Below, one piece after another: positions 1 to 12,077 of a stretch of DNA of 64,000 bases. The DNA is taken from NCBI RefSeq assembly GCF_018977255.1, contig NW_024704743.1, positions 101,372,001 to 101,436,000 of the forward strand, read 5' to 3'. Origin of the DNA: Callorhinchus milii. Lineage: Eukaryota. The translations under genes and the position numbers were made by a program. How positions within the stretch are numbered: the stretch's first letter is position 1; the number at the start of each line of letters is the position of its first letter. The notes under the pieces were generated by a model. It saw only the letters and a list, made by a program, of their open reading frames with translations. It made no database searches and was not told the DNA's origin.

Positions 1-1874
1 CTGAGAAAAGCCCTGAAACCCGGTGATTCCCACTGTGTTTAGAAGATCCCTTTTCGCCAGCGGACTGCAAGTCAATCTTTTATTTCGTTTTATTCCAAAA
101 TTATTTTTGTCCCACCACCACCACTCCCCCCCCACCACCACGAATGACAAAACGTGGACTTTTTTTTAGTCAAAGCTGTCGCAGATCTGACATGAAGGTC
201 CGACTAATTTGTTTGATTTAATTTACACCACTTCCCATGTGTGTGGTGGGTGTAGTGAATCCCGGGAGGAAATTCTCACTTACTTTTATTTTTGGTTCAA
301 TCCCTGGAAAGTAATTGGGAAGGAGTCGGGCTTCTGACGCCGAGACAACCCTGACTTGACGATTATAACCGATGCAAATGGCTAACAAACTAATGGTACA
401 GAATACAGTATTAAAATGCATTGACCCCCCCACCCCCCACACACTTTTTTTTAAAAAAAACTTAGCAAACGGCAGCAAAGTTTAACAAAAAAAAAGTCTC
501 CCTCGCCGGAGTGGACGCGAGGATTTTGCTAAACTGATAACAGAATTAAAACAAGCCTCGTTAAATTAAAGCAAGTTTGCAAAACCAACCCCAGGGAGAT
601 CGGATTTATTGTTTTCGGTGCTCGTCCTAATAGGTGACGAATTTTAGTGCTGGTATTTGTGAACGTTTAACAGAAAAATCGATCACGTTCGGTGGGATAT
701 TCCAACCAAAGAACGGAGATAGCTGAAAATGTTGCTTTTGAAGGCAGGATTGCTGTGCTGGGAGCTGGAAATCAAGATAACGAAGGGATATAAGAGGTTT
801 ATGAAAACCGTCCTAACGTGATATGTTTCTCTCGGTGTGTGGAAATATTGCTGCACCGACATATGATGCGTTTGACTTACAAGAATGAATCAGAGCACAG
901 AAATGCAGAGGGCACCAGCTGAGACACACATTTTGGGGGGGAAAAATCTTTACCATTTTAGATTTCGACTCATTTTTGGCCGCAGTCCTCTGCAGCCGCC
1001 GATGGTGGCTGGTTTTACACAAATGTTTACAAATGTTGCTGGTGAAATAAATGGGTAATCCAGTTAAACAGGAGCCTTATCTTGTTCGCGTCTCTTAAAG
1101 CAGTTACCTTCAGTGACGCGGGGTTGTTTTTAATGGTTGCTTTTATTTCACTCCCGAAATGTGCAAACTGTCTTGTGTCTACTCCAGTTGGAGGATAGTG
1201 CAATCCAGTGGTTTCTGGCTAACACCCTGAAGATTGATGAAGGAAACCTTACTGCAGAACTCCACACCTGACCTCAGGGCAGCCAAGTTATTTTAACTTT
1301 GCAACCAACACCCCCCCTCACCACCACCACCACCACCAACCCCCTCCCCGGGTGATGCGCCAGTTCATCTTTTTACAAGACCATAGAAGCAAAGCCGTAG
1401 AGAAAACTAACGGAAGGTTAGTACAGTGTGTGGCGCTGACGCTGTTTAACGTGTACGATTGCACAGTGTAATTTATAGTGTGTGTTGGGGGGTGAGGGGC
1501 GCTTTATCGTTTAGTTCAAACCGGTTACGATTAAATGATCCAATAAAGAAAGCAGGTGGATGTGAGATTCGCTACTGAATATATTTGTAAAATTATCCTT
1601 AGTTCTATTTCCACTGTCCCCCCCCCCCCCCCAACGCAAGGTCTACACATATGTTGGGGGTCTACATCACACGTCTCTCCTTGTAGGTAGATTGACTAAC
1701 AAAACAAGTTACTTTTAAGTTAACCTTCAGTGTGGAGGGTGCCGCTGTCTATAACATATTCGTTGCTTTTCTGTCTGCCTCACACTTTGATTCCCTTTCA
1801 TTCCCTTTTTTTTCGGTGGTGGTGGAGGGGGGGGGGGGCTCTGTACCTATCAGCGGGAAGTGCAGATGTTTAGT

Positions 1875-2184
1875 GGGGCGGGTGGGATGATATCCACTGC
1901 AGAGTCTGTCTGGCAGGGAGCAGTGTGTGAGGATGGGAGCGGTGCTGGATGTCAGGGCTGGCGCCCCTGTAGAGGCGCTGCATCGTGTTTAGTCAGCACT
2001 GTGTGAATCCAATCAGGATCCCCAGTTTCCCACTGAATTGTGCTCAAGGCGCTGCCTCCACTCAAATAGCCCAGCAGAGAGCAGAGAGGCGCACTCTACC
2101 CTCCACCAGCACCAAGACACACTGACTGGTCTTAAGACATACTGGACTTCTACAAACACCAAACTGATGGCAAAGCACCATTAG
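1875..2184 (+). promoter_or_regulatory. gata6: Proximal promoter and candidate non-coding exon 1 of GATA6
   Basis: GC box GGGGCGGG 1875-1882; CCAAT 2009-2013. GCGCTG..TGTTTAG..TGAATCCAATCAGGA and GCAGAG..AGAGGCGC..CACCAGCA resemble my recollection of the mammalian GATA6 5' leader. Tentative donor AG|GTCGGC at 2184/2185. Boundaries uncertain. Confidence 0.5.
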
Positions 2185-2267
2185 GTCGGCACCTTTCTTT
2201 CTTTCCTTCCTTTCACACTCTTTTCAGATGCTCAGTGACCAGGTTCAAGTCTAAATAATGACGCCTG

Positions 2268-2470
2268 CGATAGATAGTTAGATAGTTGGATAGATAGCAC
2301 TTGGATGTTTTTTTTAAAGTTATTTGTCGCGCGTTTAGTTCTTATCTATTATAGTTCTTATCTCGGAGTTATCTGGCTCTAGTCTGGCGTAACTAAGACA
2401 TATTACTGTTCGTTTTTTTGTGCCTATCTATATCGATGTGTGGTTTCTGTAATTTCTGATGAAGTTATCT
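2268..2470. promoter_or_regulatory. Homotypic cluster of GATA (WGATAR) sites
   Basis: AGATAG at 2272, 2280, 2292; TTATCT at 2342, 2358, 2369, 2465; CTATCT at 2424. Confidence 0.6.
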
Positions 2471-3206
2471 ACAGAAACCTCAGCGCTTTCGCGAGCAGGA
2501 ACCAACTAATTACTTACCCGGTTACAAGTTGTGCCGAAGTTGCGTCCAGCAGTTCGGTCTCGATAACTAACAGCTAGTAACAGAGGGGAGACATGAGTAT
2601 TTGCCAAGTAACATTGAGTGTACCGCGGACGGTAATATCCTGCTATGAAGGGAGCTTTTCAAACTATTTGGCCGTGTCAGATCAACCCGAGTTAAAGGCT
2701 AAAAGGCGAGGCGCACGCAGTGTGGTTTGCCAAAGGTTTGGCTCAATGACCGGGTGGGTTCGTGAGCCCCGCGAGGGATGTCTTCAAATCTAAACCTTAA
2801 AAAAAAAGGTTCGCAGTGCTTAAGACTTGCATCGTATGTGTGTGCGTGTGTGTATCGGTGTGTGCGAGTGAGTGCGAAAGAAACCATCATGTTTAAAGCA
2901 GCCTTATCCTGTTAAAGATAAAAGAAACGGTCGGTATCAGTGCAGTGCAGCCTTCACTGTGAGCCTCACCCCTGTTAGAGATTTTAGCTTCTTACATTTT
3001 TCAGCTGTTTCCACTGAAGCCGCCTGAAAGATGGGGTGCGTGGATCCGGTTGATTCACACTGTCTATAACGAATCCACAGGCGCCAACTGTGTTTACAAA
3101 CCAGGCTTCGTTTGCTACAGTTAATTCAACTGCAACAAAATGATGTCATCAGATATTTAGTGTAAAATGAATAATTTTACACTGATCTCCATGTTGTACC
3201 TGAGCG

Positions 3207-3248
3207 AACACACACACAACACACACACAACACACACACATATATATA
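3207..3248. repeat. (CA)n/(TA)n microsatellite
   Basis: Read directly from the sequence. Confidence 0.9.
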
Positions 3249-3711
3249 ACTTGGAATTCACGAGAGGTAACGAAACTTAAAATGGCAACGTCTAAGTTAA
3301 CTTGTTTCAACAACAACAACAACAACATAAGGACATATGCCATGGATTTGCTGAAACTTCCCTGTGCACACTTTTTAAAGCTCTGGTTCAATCCGTTTTG
3401 TGGCAACCGTGATGTTAGTTATTAACTTGGATATCAAGGACAGTAGTTTGACTTTCCCAAAGCCCAAATCCGTTTCAGTTTTACTCTGAAAATCCGGCGA
3501 CCACCAGTAACTAAATGGTGATATACGCTGTGCAGTTTTAAGAGAGGATGCATTGGGTTTAAAGCCACAGAACTGTCAGGAAAATACTTTTATTTCTTAG
3601 CATAAATATCAACGTCGCTGTCTAGCAGCCCCGTAAAATAAAATAGGATACTTTATCCTTCACTTGAAGAAGCCAGTACACCAGGATGCCGGTGGGGGCC
3701 AGGAATTCCCT

Positions 3712-3765
3712 GTGTCTGTCTGTCTGTCTGTCTATCCGTCCGTCTGTCTGTCTGTCTGTATGTCT
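3712..3765. repeat. (TGTC)n microsatellite, imperfect
   Basis: Read directly from the sequence. Confidence 0.9.
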
Positions 3766-4159
3766 GATCTTTTGAGTCTTAAATGAATTATATTGTATGG
3801 AAAGACAGACCCGAGTGATTCGATTTGAGAGTATTTTGGTTTTCGAAATGGGGCATCAACGTGTCTGTAACTGTAACCTCTGTAACTGAGGGAGAGACTG
3901 TGATAATCGCAGGAGGTTTACTGAATCCAATTAGCGACTGACATGAGATGTGTTGGGTTCTCTTACCCCCCCCCCACCCCCCCCAACCCCCCCCCCCCCC
4001 ACCCCCCACATCCTCTCCCCACCCCACCATTTCCTTGACGTGCTGTTATTCCTTTCCACTGACTGTGTGCATTTCTTTTCTCTCTCTCTTTTTTTTTTGG
4101 GTGGGGGGTGGGGGTGGGTGTTGGGTGGGTGTTTGGGTCTCCAGAACCAGGCAACCTGA

Positions 4160-5033
4160 ATGGACGTGAATGAACCCAACTGGTCAAACGTGGCAAAGCA
4201 CCCACCGGCGAACGGCAGGAGCTCTCCGGGTGAGCCGCCTTACCTCAAATTCTCCGGTCGCCTCCACAACGGGGCCGAGGGCAGCTCGGAGTCCGAAGAG
4301 CGACTGAGGTCGGGGGGGAGCACGGCCACCAGCCTGGACACGGGCAGAAGCCACCTCCTCCAGGGCAGGTCAGTGGACGCTTACCTCCACTTCGGCCACG
4401 GCTCGGAAGAGCTCGCCACCTTCATCACCGACCTGGATCAAACCACCAAACTGTTTCTGTCAAGAGGAGTAAAAGGCGAATTTGTGACTCACCCGTCCAT
4501 TGAGATGTACCAGAGTTTGCCGGTGGCGGCCACCCAGGGACCGGGGTCTTACCCGCACGATGCTCCCAACAATTTCATGCACTCCAGCACAAGTTCTCCC
4601 GTCTATGTTCCCACAACCAGGGTGAGCTCCATGGTGCCCAGCCTCCCCTACCTCCAAGGCACCGGATCGAGCCAGCAGGGTCACCACGTTACCAACCACT
4701 CGGTGTGGACTCAGCCCGCCTCGGAAAGCTCCACCTTCAGCTCCAGCAACCCTCACCCCATGGTCTCCAGTCGCTTTTCCTTCTCCGCCAGTCCGCCCAT
4801 CGCGAACGGAGCGGCCAGAGATTCCGGCTACAGTAACAGTCTGAACATGAACGGCAGAGATCAGTTCGCTGGCGCTCTGGGCCGTCCTCTGAACGGATCT
4901 TACCCGAGTCCCTACCCTTATGTTGGGCCACAGCTGACTTCGGCATGGACTGCGGCGGGATCTTTCGAAAACTCAATGCTGCACAACTTGCAGAGCCGAC
5001 CCACACCTATACCTGTTCGGGGACCCAATGGGG
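4160..5033 (+). CDS. gata6: GATA6 first coding exon (N-terminal extension plus GATA-N transactivation domain)
   Basis: ORF MDVNEPNWS...FITDLDQ...MYQSL...SSPVYVPTTRV...LPYLQ. The long extension with FxTDLDQ is characteristic of GATA6. Acceptor CAG at 4142-4144 (or 4148-4150); donor G|GTAAGT at 5034, phase 1. Confidence 0.95.
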
Positions 5034-5035
5034 GT

Positions 5036-5061
5036 AAGTCAGTCAGTCAGTCAGTCAGTCA
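5036..5061. repeat. (AGTC)n microsatellite abutting the splice donor
   Basis: gtaagtcagtcagtcagtcagtcagtca. Confidence 0.9.
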
Positions 5062-5948
5062 CAAGTGTCTGAATCAGATGCATATGTTTGCATTTTTTTG
5101 TGTGTGTACTCGTGTGCGCTAAACCGACTCAATCCCACCTCTGCTTCGCTTCGCGAGTGAAACTGCACTTGGAACGAATCCTTCTCGGAACGGATTGTTT
5201 GCATTTTGAGAAGAAAACGCGTAAAAAGCGATCGCGTTCAACGCGGACGTTTCTCAATGAATTTTTTTTAAAAGAAAAAAAACGAGGCGTTTGTGGACCC
5301 AGACGGCGAAGTTGGGTTGTTCTGGGGCGGGGGTGGGGGGGGGGGGGGGGTTGCAAATGCGACAACTCTCAGCTTGCGGGGTTTGCAGAGGTGGCTTTGA
5401 GGTGGTTTTGATTTGATGGCACATGTTCTTCAATTCAACCTACGTTTATAATTCCCGTAACTTCGCGTCGCGCTGCACATCGTTGGAATAATAATTGTGT
5501 CAACCAGAACGTGGCTGTGAAAAAGGCCTCCAAACCCAGCAATGCACAGTGTAAATCAAGCCATCGCAAATGATCGTTTACCATCAACCAGTCACTGGAA
5601 CAAATGGACGGAAAATTACAATTTCCGACCATTTAATAGAGGTACCCAATTATTAGCGTGAAACTGACTTGAGTGTTTAACACCACGTTGACAACGGTCG
5701 CAGTGTGTGCAGTTGGTAACATGTTTTCTATGGAAATAGTAGAGGTGCGTTCAAGAGGAAAGTCTTATTTGGAGATGAAAAGTAACGTTATTAAGATCCC
5801 AAGGTTTGCCGAGGCAGTGACACCCTTCTGCATTCAATCCTAAAACCGGACAGGATTGGGGAAAATCGTTCAATTCGGCCTTAAAAAGAAACAGACTTCC
5901 ACCTTGAGAGTTTTGCACCATTTCTGCGCAATACTAGAAATGAACACA

Positions 5949-5991
5949 AAATAATAATAATGATAATAATAATAATAATAATAATAATAAT
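5949..5991. repeat. (ATA)n microsatellite
   Basis: Read directly from the sequence. Confidence 0.9.
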
Positions 5992-7828
5992 CACGTAGTG
6001 CAAATGTCTCGAGGCTCTTTCGCGTGAATTTTATTTTGTGTTTGTGGGCGATTGAGGTCTCCACATTGTAATATCAGATGGAATTTCGGGCCTGAGTTAA
6101 ACATGAACATTTCAGATCTAATCCAACAGTAAGGGAAATGTCTGTAGGGAAGATAAAACAATTCGATTGAATTGGTAACCTATTACACTGGAAAGAGTAA
6201 AAACTGCAAGTCAAGCAGTTACATTAACTGGATGCTGTCAATTAATGTTGGACCAGTAAACCGCAGTGCTCAGTTTTGCCACCAAATTGCATGAATTAAT
6301 CTGGAATATTTCCTTCTGATCAGTTAACAGTGACTTTTTGGTAAGAGGTTTCTGTTTCACAATTTTCGTTTGGATGTTTTCCAAAAGCTGCGCTGTTTGA
6401 AGCTGAAGTTATTGTACTTTGGCAGGTAATTTTGTGGGATGATAAGTCACTCTACATTTTGTGCATGAGGTGGATGTCCTGCAGCACAAGGTTTTATATA
6501 AGAGGTTCTGTGCACAAGAAAACTCGGGCACACAACCAAAGCGTATTTTCGTTCTGCTTTCCCTTCCTTCACAGTTAACGTAACAATTTTATTGACCTGT
6601 CAGGTTTATTCAATGATTGAAAACGAACGCAATCCAATGCTGTTGGACGCTTTCAGGGTATATTCTCCACCACACACGTTTGGGTTACGAAAACCAATGT
6701 CGATTTCTGTATCTTTGCTGATAAAACAGTGCGTGCAACTTCTCACGAAACACAACCAATTCCTTCCTCACCTCTCGGTAAATGTGTCGGCGTGTTTGTT
6801 AGTTAGTGCGTTAGCCCCTAATTATTATATACCGATTATATACTCCCATCACTAAAGGTCGGTCCATCCGTTCAGGTCCAGTTGTGAGTGTATGTGGCAC
6901 CGACTGTTTTAAAGTTAAATATTTCGTCTTGTGCTCCAAAAGGCATTGAGACTTCGACAGGAACAAGATGGTCCAGATTTTGACCTTTCTGGTATTGAGA
7001 TGTATTTGGCCCTAAATTATTTCGAGGGCAGGAGATTGATAGCTTTGCGTTGCTGTGCTGCAAGTGACTGTACTTGGTAACGAGTCGCGGCGTGGCGTGG
7101 CTGCTCACGATGAGCGACACTCTTGATCATAAATAAATCGAGGAACACAGACTTCTTTCTCGAAGGAGAAAGAAAAAATGGTTTTCAGTAAGGTTTGCGC
7201 CTTATAAGCAAAATAAACGCTAAACAAAATATCCCCCCCCACCACATCCCCCGCCCAAAAAAGGTCATCTTATAAATAATTGTTCCTTGCCATAACTTGG
7301 TGAGGCCCCATCGCATTTAGCAACTGGGAAACGCCATCAGATCTCTGATCAGGAAGGTGAGTTTGGATTATTTTATGAAAGATCTCCAGAGACAGTACCA
7401 GGAAAAAAAATTGGGTCAAACGTCTCCAGTGATGGCGAGAAAAACAGTCAGTTTTAATGACACCTAAAATCACTAATCTTCATGGAGCCTCCACCTTATC
7501 AGAAATGGACATAAAATTACCCTCTCGTATTTATTAGTAAAATAACAATTATATTGTATTAAAACGGATAATAATTCCACCGTTTGCCAAAGATAACAGT
7601 TAGTTGATAAAGCCACATAAACCGAAGAACTTTGACTCATGTAAGATAGTATGATTTATTTGATCATTGTCTGTCCCCTCCTTTAGTTTAAATACAGTAT
7701 CAACCTGATGTTGTAGCGCAATCCAGTTCTCAGTTGCCTCATATCTAAACCTAAAAGAACCAGAACTTTCTTTTAAAATAGGGAAAGTCACTATTTTTTA
7801 TGTATAAATATATATATTTTATACGTAT

Positions 7829-7922
7829 CAGTCAATTCACTTTACAGTATATTCTGTTTAGCGCTTTGAGACGTATCGAAGATGCGATAAGGCACCACAT
7901 CAAATGCAAGGATTATTATTAT
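7829..7922 (+). mobile_element. SINE family A, 3' tail fragment
   Basis: cagtcaattcactttacag...gcgctttgagacg...atcaaatgcaaggattattatt matches the 3' end of the 63135-63451 copy. Confidence 0.85.
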
Positions 7923-9766
7923 CAGATTTCCCACCTAGAGCACAGTTTATTTTAGAAAGTAGCAACTTTCATTTCACTGAATCTTTTATGGGCCTACACC
8001 GGAAATCGGTTCAAACTTAACATGAATTTATTTTATGAATGTATTAATGTTTAATTTCTCTTAATTTAATTTCTCTTCTTTAACCGCCGGTCTCCCCTTA
8101 TTCATTATTCCCGCAATGCAAAAACTAATGGTGGCAAATATTAGCTGGATCTGGGAGCACAGCGAAAGCTGAATCAGCTTTCTACTGTTTGTTCATACAC
8201 TATTTGGAACTGAGAAACCACCGACTAGAAAATATGACACAATTCATTTAAGTGTTCTCTACTTTCAGGGAATAAACATGATTTTTTGTAGATGAAGTGA
8301 CACCAGCTTTCCATTTTTATTATTAGATTTTTTTTTTAAAAATCGATCAATAATTTTTTTTTCAACGTTCCGTTCCCCTCTTCTTCCTAACAAAAAGAAA
8401 TGACATTTTCATACGTGCAAAATACCATCTCTCAGTGCTCAAGAGCAAGAATCTCAGGTGAAAGGTGACTTTGCAATGAACTAAGTATAAATGACTGTTT
8501 AGAGCTAATAATGCTGTAGGACCAAATCATTCTGCTAACTTGGCAACTGGATAATTACCAACGTTTTGCATTTCAATATCGACCTGCATTAACAGTAATG
8601 TTGCAGATTGATGAACGGTGTAATAATGGGCTTTGTATGCTTTTTATTTGTGACAGGTAATTGTTTTATGCCATTTAGTGGATGGAGTACACTGGCTAAA
8701 TCAGATTGCAAAGCCCAGAATAAAAGTTTCAGCTCTCGCCCCCCCACCCCCCCACCCTTAAATACATTATTCATTCTTATCTTGTCTGATCAGATTTTAA
8801 TGGGCAGAACGACTTTTTAACATGTAATGGCATAGAAATTGTATAACAGCAATCTTAACATTTATCATCTGCGCGGATTTAGATATGAATGTAGAAGTAA
8901 TAGCTCTATATGTATGTGATATCACTGATGTCTCAGTTGCGGATCAGATGCTACAATTTCTCATACTCTGTAGTGCCCTTTTTTCTTGCATATTCTTATT
9001 TAGATCTAATCTTTGGCATTTGGAATTACATATGTTTTTACCGTACAGTAACCCATGGCATTGTTTAGGCCTTACACTGTGCAAAAAGCTTTGGCCAGTT
9101 TTGTGAGATCTGTTTCTGAGCCACTGGTAAGATTGAAGTGGGGGGAGGGGGGAATTAACCCTGGATAGAGATCTAAAAATATCTTCTAAAATCACATTCC
9201 CAAAGGAATCCAATCAAGCATAAAGCATTCTGCACATTTACACAAACACATCTTATGATCGAAAATGGTTACATGGAACAGAACATTTGTGTGATGTTAA
9301 TTATTAACTTTAACATGAACAAAATTCTTAATTCTTAAACAACCGTCTTAAATATTGTTTTCCTCTGACATACCATTTGAAAGTTTCCAACCAGAAACTA
9401 TTTTTTTTATCGGCAATTATGCCTGAAACGATTAAAGATAATATGAATACCCATCTTGGTTTAAATGTAAGCTTAAATTTGTGGAATATAATTTTTTAGC
9501 TTTCTTCTCCCCACCCTCCTCCTCCTCTGATCCACCAGATTCAGTTGGGAGTTTCTACTATTTGTGGAGTAACTGTCTGTCTCCCATCTATTTTGTAATG
9601 TGAGAACAAGGTATGAGGTGTTACCAATTTAACCATCTCATTCTTCCATGTAATCAAACACTGAGCAGTAGAAAATAAAGTAGCACTTTTTTTTGGCAGG
9701 AGAGGGGTGGAAACTGGACTTCTCTGTTATTTCCAAGAAATGGGGAAATGGCTTGAGAAATACTTT

Positions 9767-10034
9767 AATAATAATAATAATAATCCTTGCATTTGATATA
9801 GCGCTTTTCACGTCGGGAGGACGTCCCAAAGCGCTTCACAGAACACACCGTAAAGTGAATTGACTGTATATTTGTGGGCGAACGCGGCAGTCAATTGCGC
9901 ACAGCAATGTCCCACAAACGGTCGTAGATTGAAAATGACCAATTTATTATTGTTTTTGGTTTTGGAGGGACTATTATTAGGCTCTGTGTGGAGTAAGGAA
10001 ACTTGCCCAAGGTTTCGCCCTCTGCCTGGAATTG
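9767..10034 (-). mobile_element. SINE family A, 5'-truncated young copy
   Basis: Reverse complement closely matches about 63190-63451; (ATT)n tail. Confidence 0.92.
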
Positions 10035-11958
10035 CTATATTAATCTGATTTTCGATGTGAAACCCACATCGCATTGATTTGCCCAATGTATGCCCCGCCG
10101 CCTCCTTTCCACGTTGCACTCACCAAACAGAAACACAAATGATCTCAGCTCATCCCTGAATTCACCCGAGGAAGCAGAAAGGGGTGGGTGGGGGATAATC
10201 AGGATTATCATTCCCCTCTATCTTCTTTTTTTGGCTCGGAGTCGTTAACGGATGCGTTTTAAGGCGGGGTTTTACCCCCCCAAAAAAAAACGATTTGTGC
10301 AAAAAAAAACACATGGGAACAACAGTATGTGGATTTTTCTGCCACTGTGCAAACGGCTGCCGATGCTCTGCCGATTGCTCCTTTACGGTAACAGGCGGGT
10401 GATTGCACAGTGTGGTCACACAGAGCCCAGACAGTGAGAATGTGCGCAAATTTGCACCATTTGCCGAGGCTTCTCGGATGTTAATGTATTTATCCCCTTT
10501 CTGTGGCATCAGACTTCATTCGCTGCTGTACCTTTCCAAGCGACCTTCCCGCAGCGGAGGCTTCAAACACGAGGGCTGGAGAAATGGTGCCTAAAACAAT
10601 GAAAACTTTGCCATAGCCCAAACCGAGCAAACTTACAACCGATCGAATAAATAAAACAAGGCTGCGAGGTCGGGGTCGGGAAGCACCGCCGCACTGCACT
10701 GTCTTTGCAGCAGACAGTGAGTGCGTTTGTGCAGCCACTGCAGTCGAATTTTTTTTTAAAAAAAAGGTTAATTCTCCCATTTTCACCCACCGCTTTGATG
10801 TTTACTGTGGCAGCGATCAATCTGGGACAGACTCAGTCTGCAAACTCTGCTTTGTAGTGCAGATTTGTAAATTACCTTCTGATCCAGCCAAAGGGAATTT
10901 TTTTTTCTCTTTCTCTCCCCCCCCCCCCCCCCCCGCAGAGCTCTCTCAATACACACAGCGACTCCGAATGGATGTGTCTTGTCTTTATCTGTTAGGTCAA
11001 CCGATTTGGGGGGGGGGGGGGGGGGGGGGGGAGTTCAAAGAAGGAAAATATTCGTTGATGGGTTTTTTTTTAAAAAAAATAAAAGGAGACAAAAAAAAAC
11101 AGAGCCTTGTCGGAAATGATGTGAAGCCCACAATATTTAATGTGCATTAGGTTTAGTGAACGACCGCACTGGCCAAGTTATTTCTTGGAGTTGCACACAC
11201 TCCAAAGTGTGTCTTGAAGCATACAGGGTTTTTATTAACCCTGTGCATTCATCATCATTATTATTAACTGGGACAATTACAGGAAGGTTAAGCAGTCTTT
11301 CAAACGTTAATATTGCTGCTGTGGAATTATAGCTACAGAGATTGGAGTTTGTGATCAGGTATTTCTGATCTCGATGAAGATCAGTGTGCAATGCAAAACT
11401 CTGTTCATTTGAAAACATCCAGACGAAAGCTGTGGCGTTTGTATTTTGGAACAGAAGTTTGACTCAACAATGTGTCACCACAGAGAGAGGGGAAAAAAAC
11501 AGTTAATGTATTCAATGTTATCGGAATATGAGATACTAAAAAAATCTCAATGTTATCACATTTATCACACATCTACACAAAGAATGGGCGAAACAAGCTG
11601 TTCTATAATATGTAGCAATCTCTCTTACCCATTAAAATTGTACATTTTTAAAAGATATCTACAGAAAATATATATATGGAAACGGCTCTGCTAAATGATA
11701 AACAATGTTAAATAATGCATTGTGTATAAAAACAGCCCACTGAGCTCTCCGGTCCTCTCCCGCTCCTTGGGTTTACAAACTGTTTGTTTCCAACTGGTAA
11801 TCTAATACAAATGTACATTAAAGTACTCCGTTCTTAGGCCATTTAAACAAATACAGGTCTCAATAGGACCGTGTTTTACTGTCCTTTTTTCCTATTGAGA
11901 AGCTCCCATATGTTTTTACAAAAATACAACATGCACCAGATATATAGAGGAGTATCTT

Positions 11959-12077
11959 AATAATGATAATAATAATCCTTGCATTTGATTATAGCGCCTT
12001 ATCACATCTTTGAGATGTCTCAAAGCGCTTCACAGAATACACTAAAGTGAATTGACTGCATATTTTGTGGGTGAAAC
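11959..12077 (-). mobile_element. SINE family A, 3' tail fragment
   Basis: aataataatccttgcatttga...aaagcgcttcacagaatac. Confidence 0.85.

Larger units (their letters stand above)
1..7150. promoter_or_regulatory. CpG-rich, transposon-free domain over the GATA6 promoter, intron 1 and first coding exon
   Basis: CpG dinucleotides are visibly more frequent than in the rest of the window. No SINE/LINE is recognisable before about 7830. Not quantified. Confidence 0.65.

Noticed and set aside
3788..4205. Pro/Gly-rich short ORFs
   Set aside because: Translations of C/G homopolymer tracts.
5034..5122. C-terminal part of the 320-aa ORF (KSVSQSVSHK...)
   Set aside because: Read-through into the intron past the GTAAGT donor; encoded by a microsatellite.
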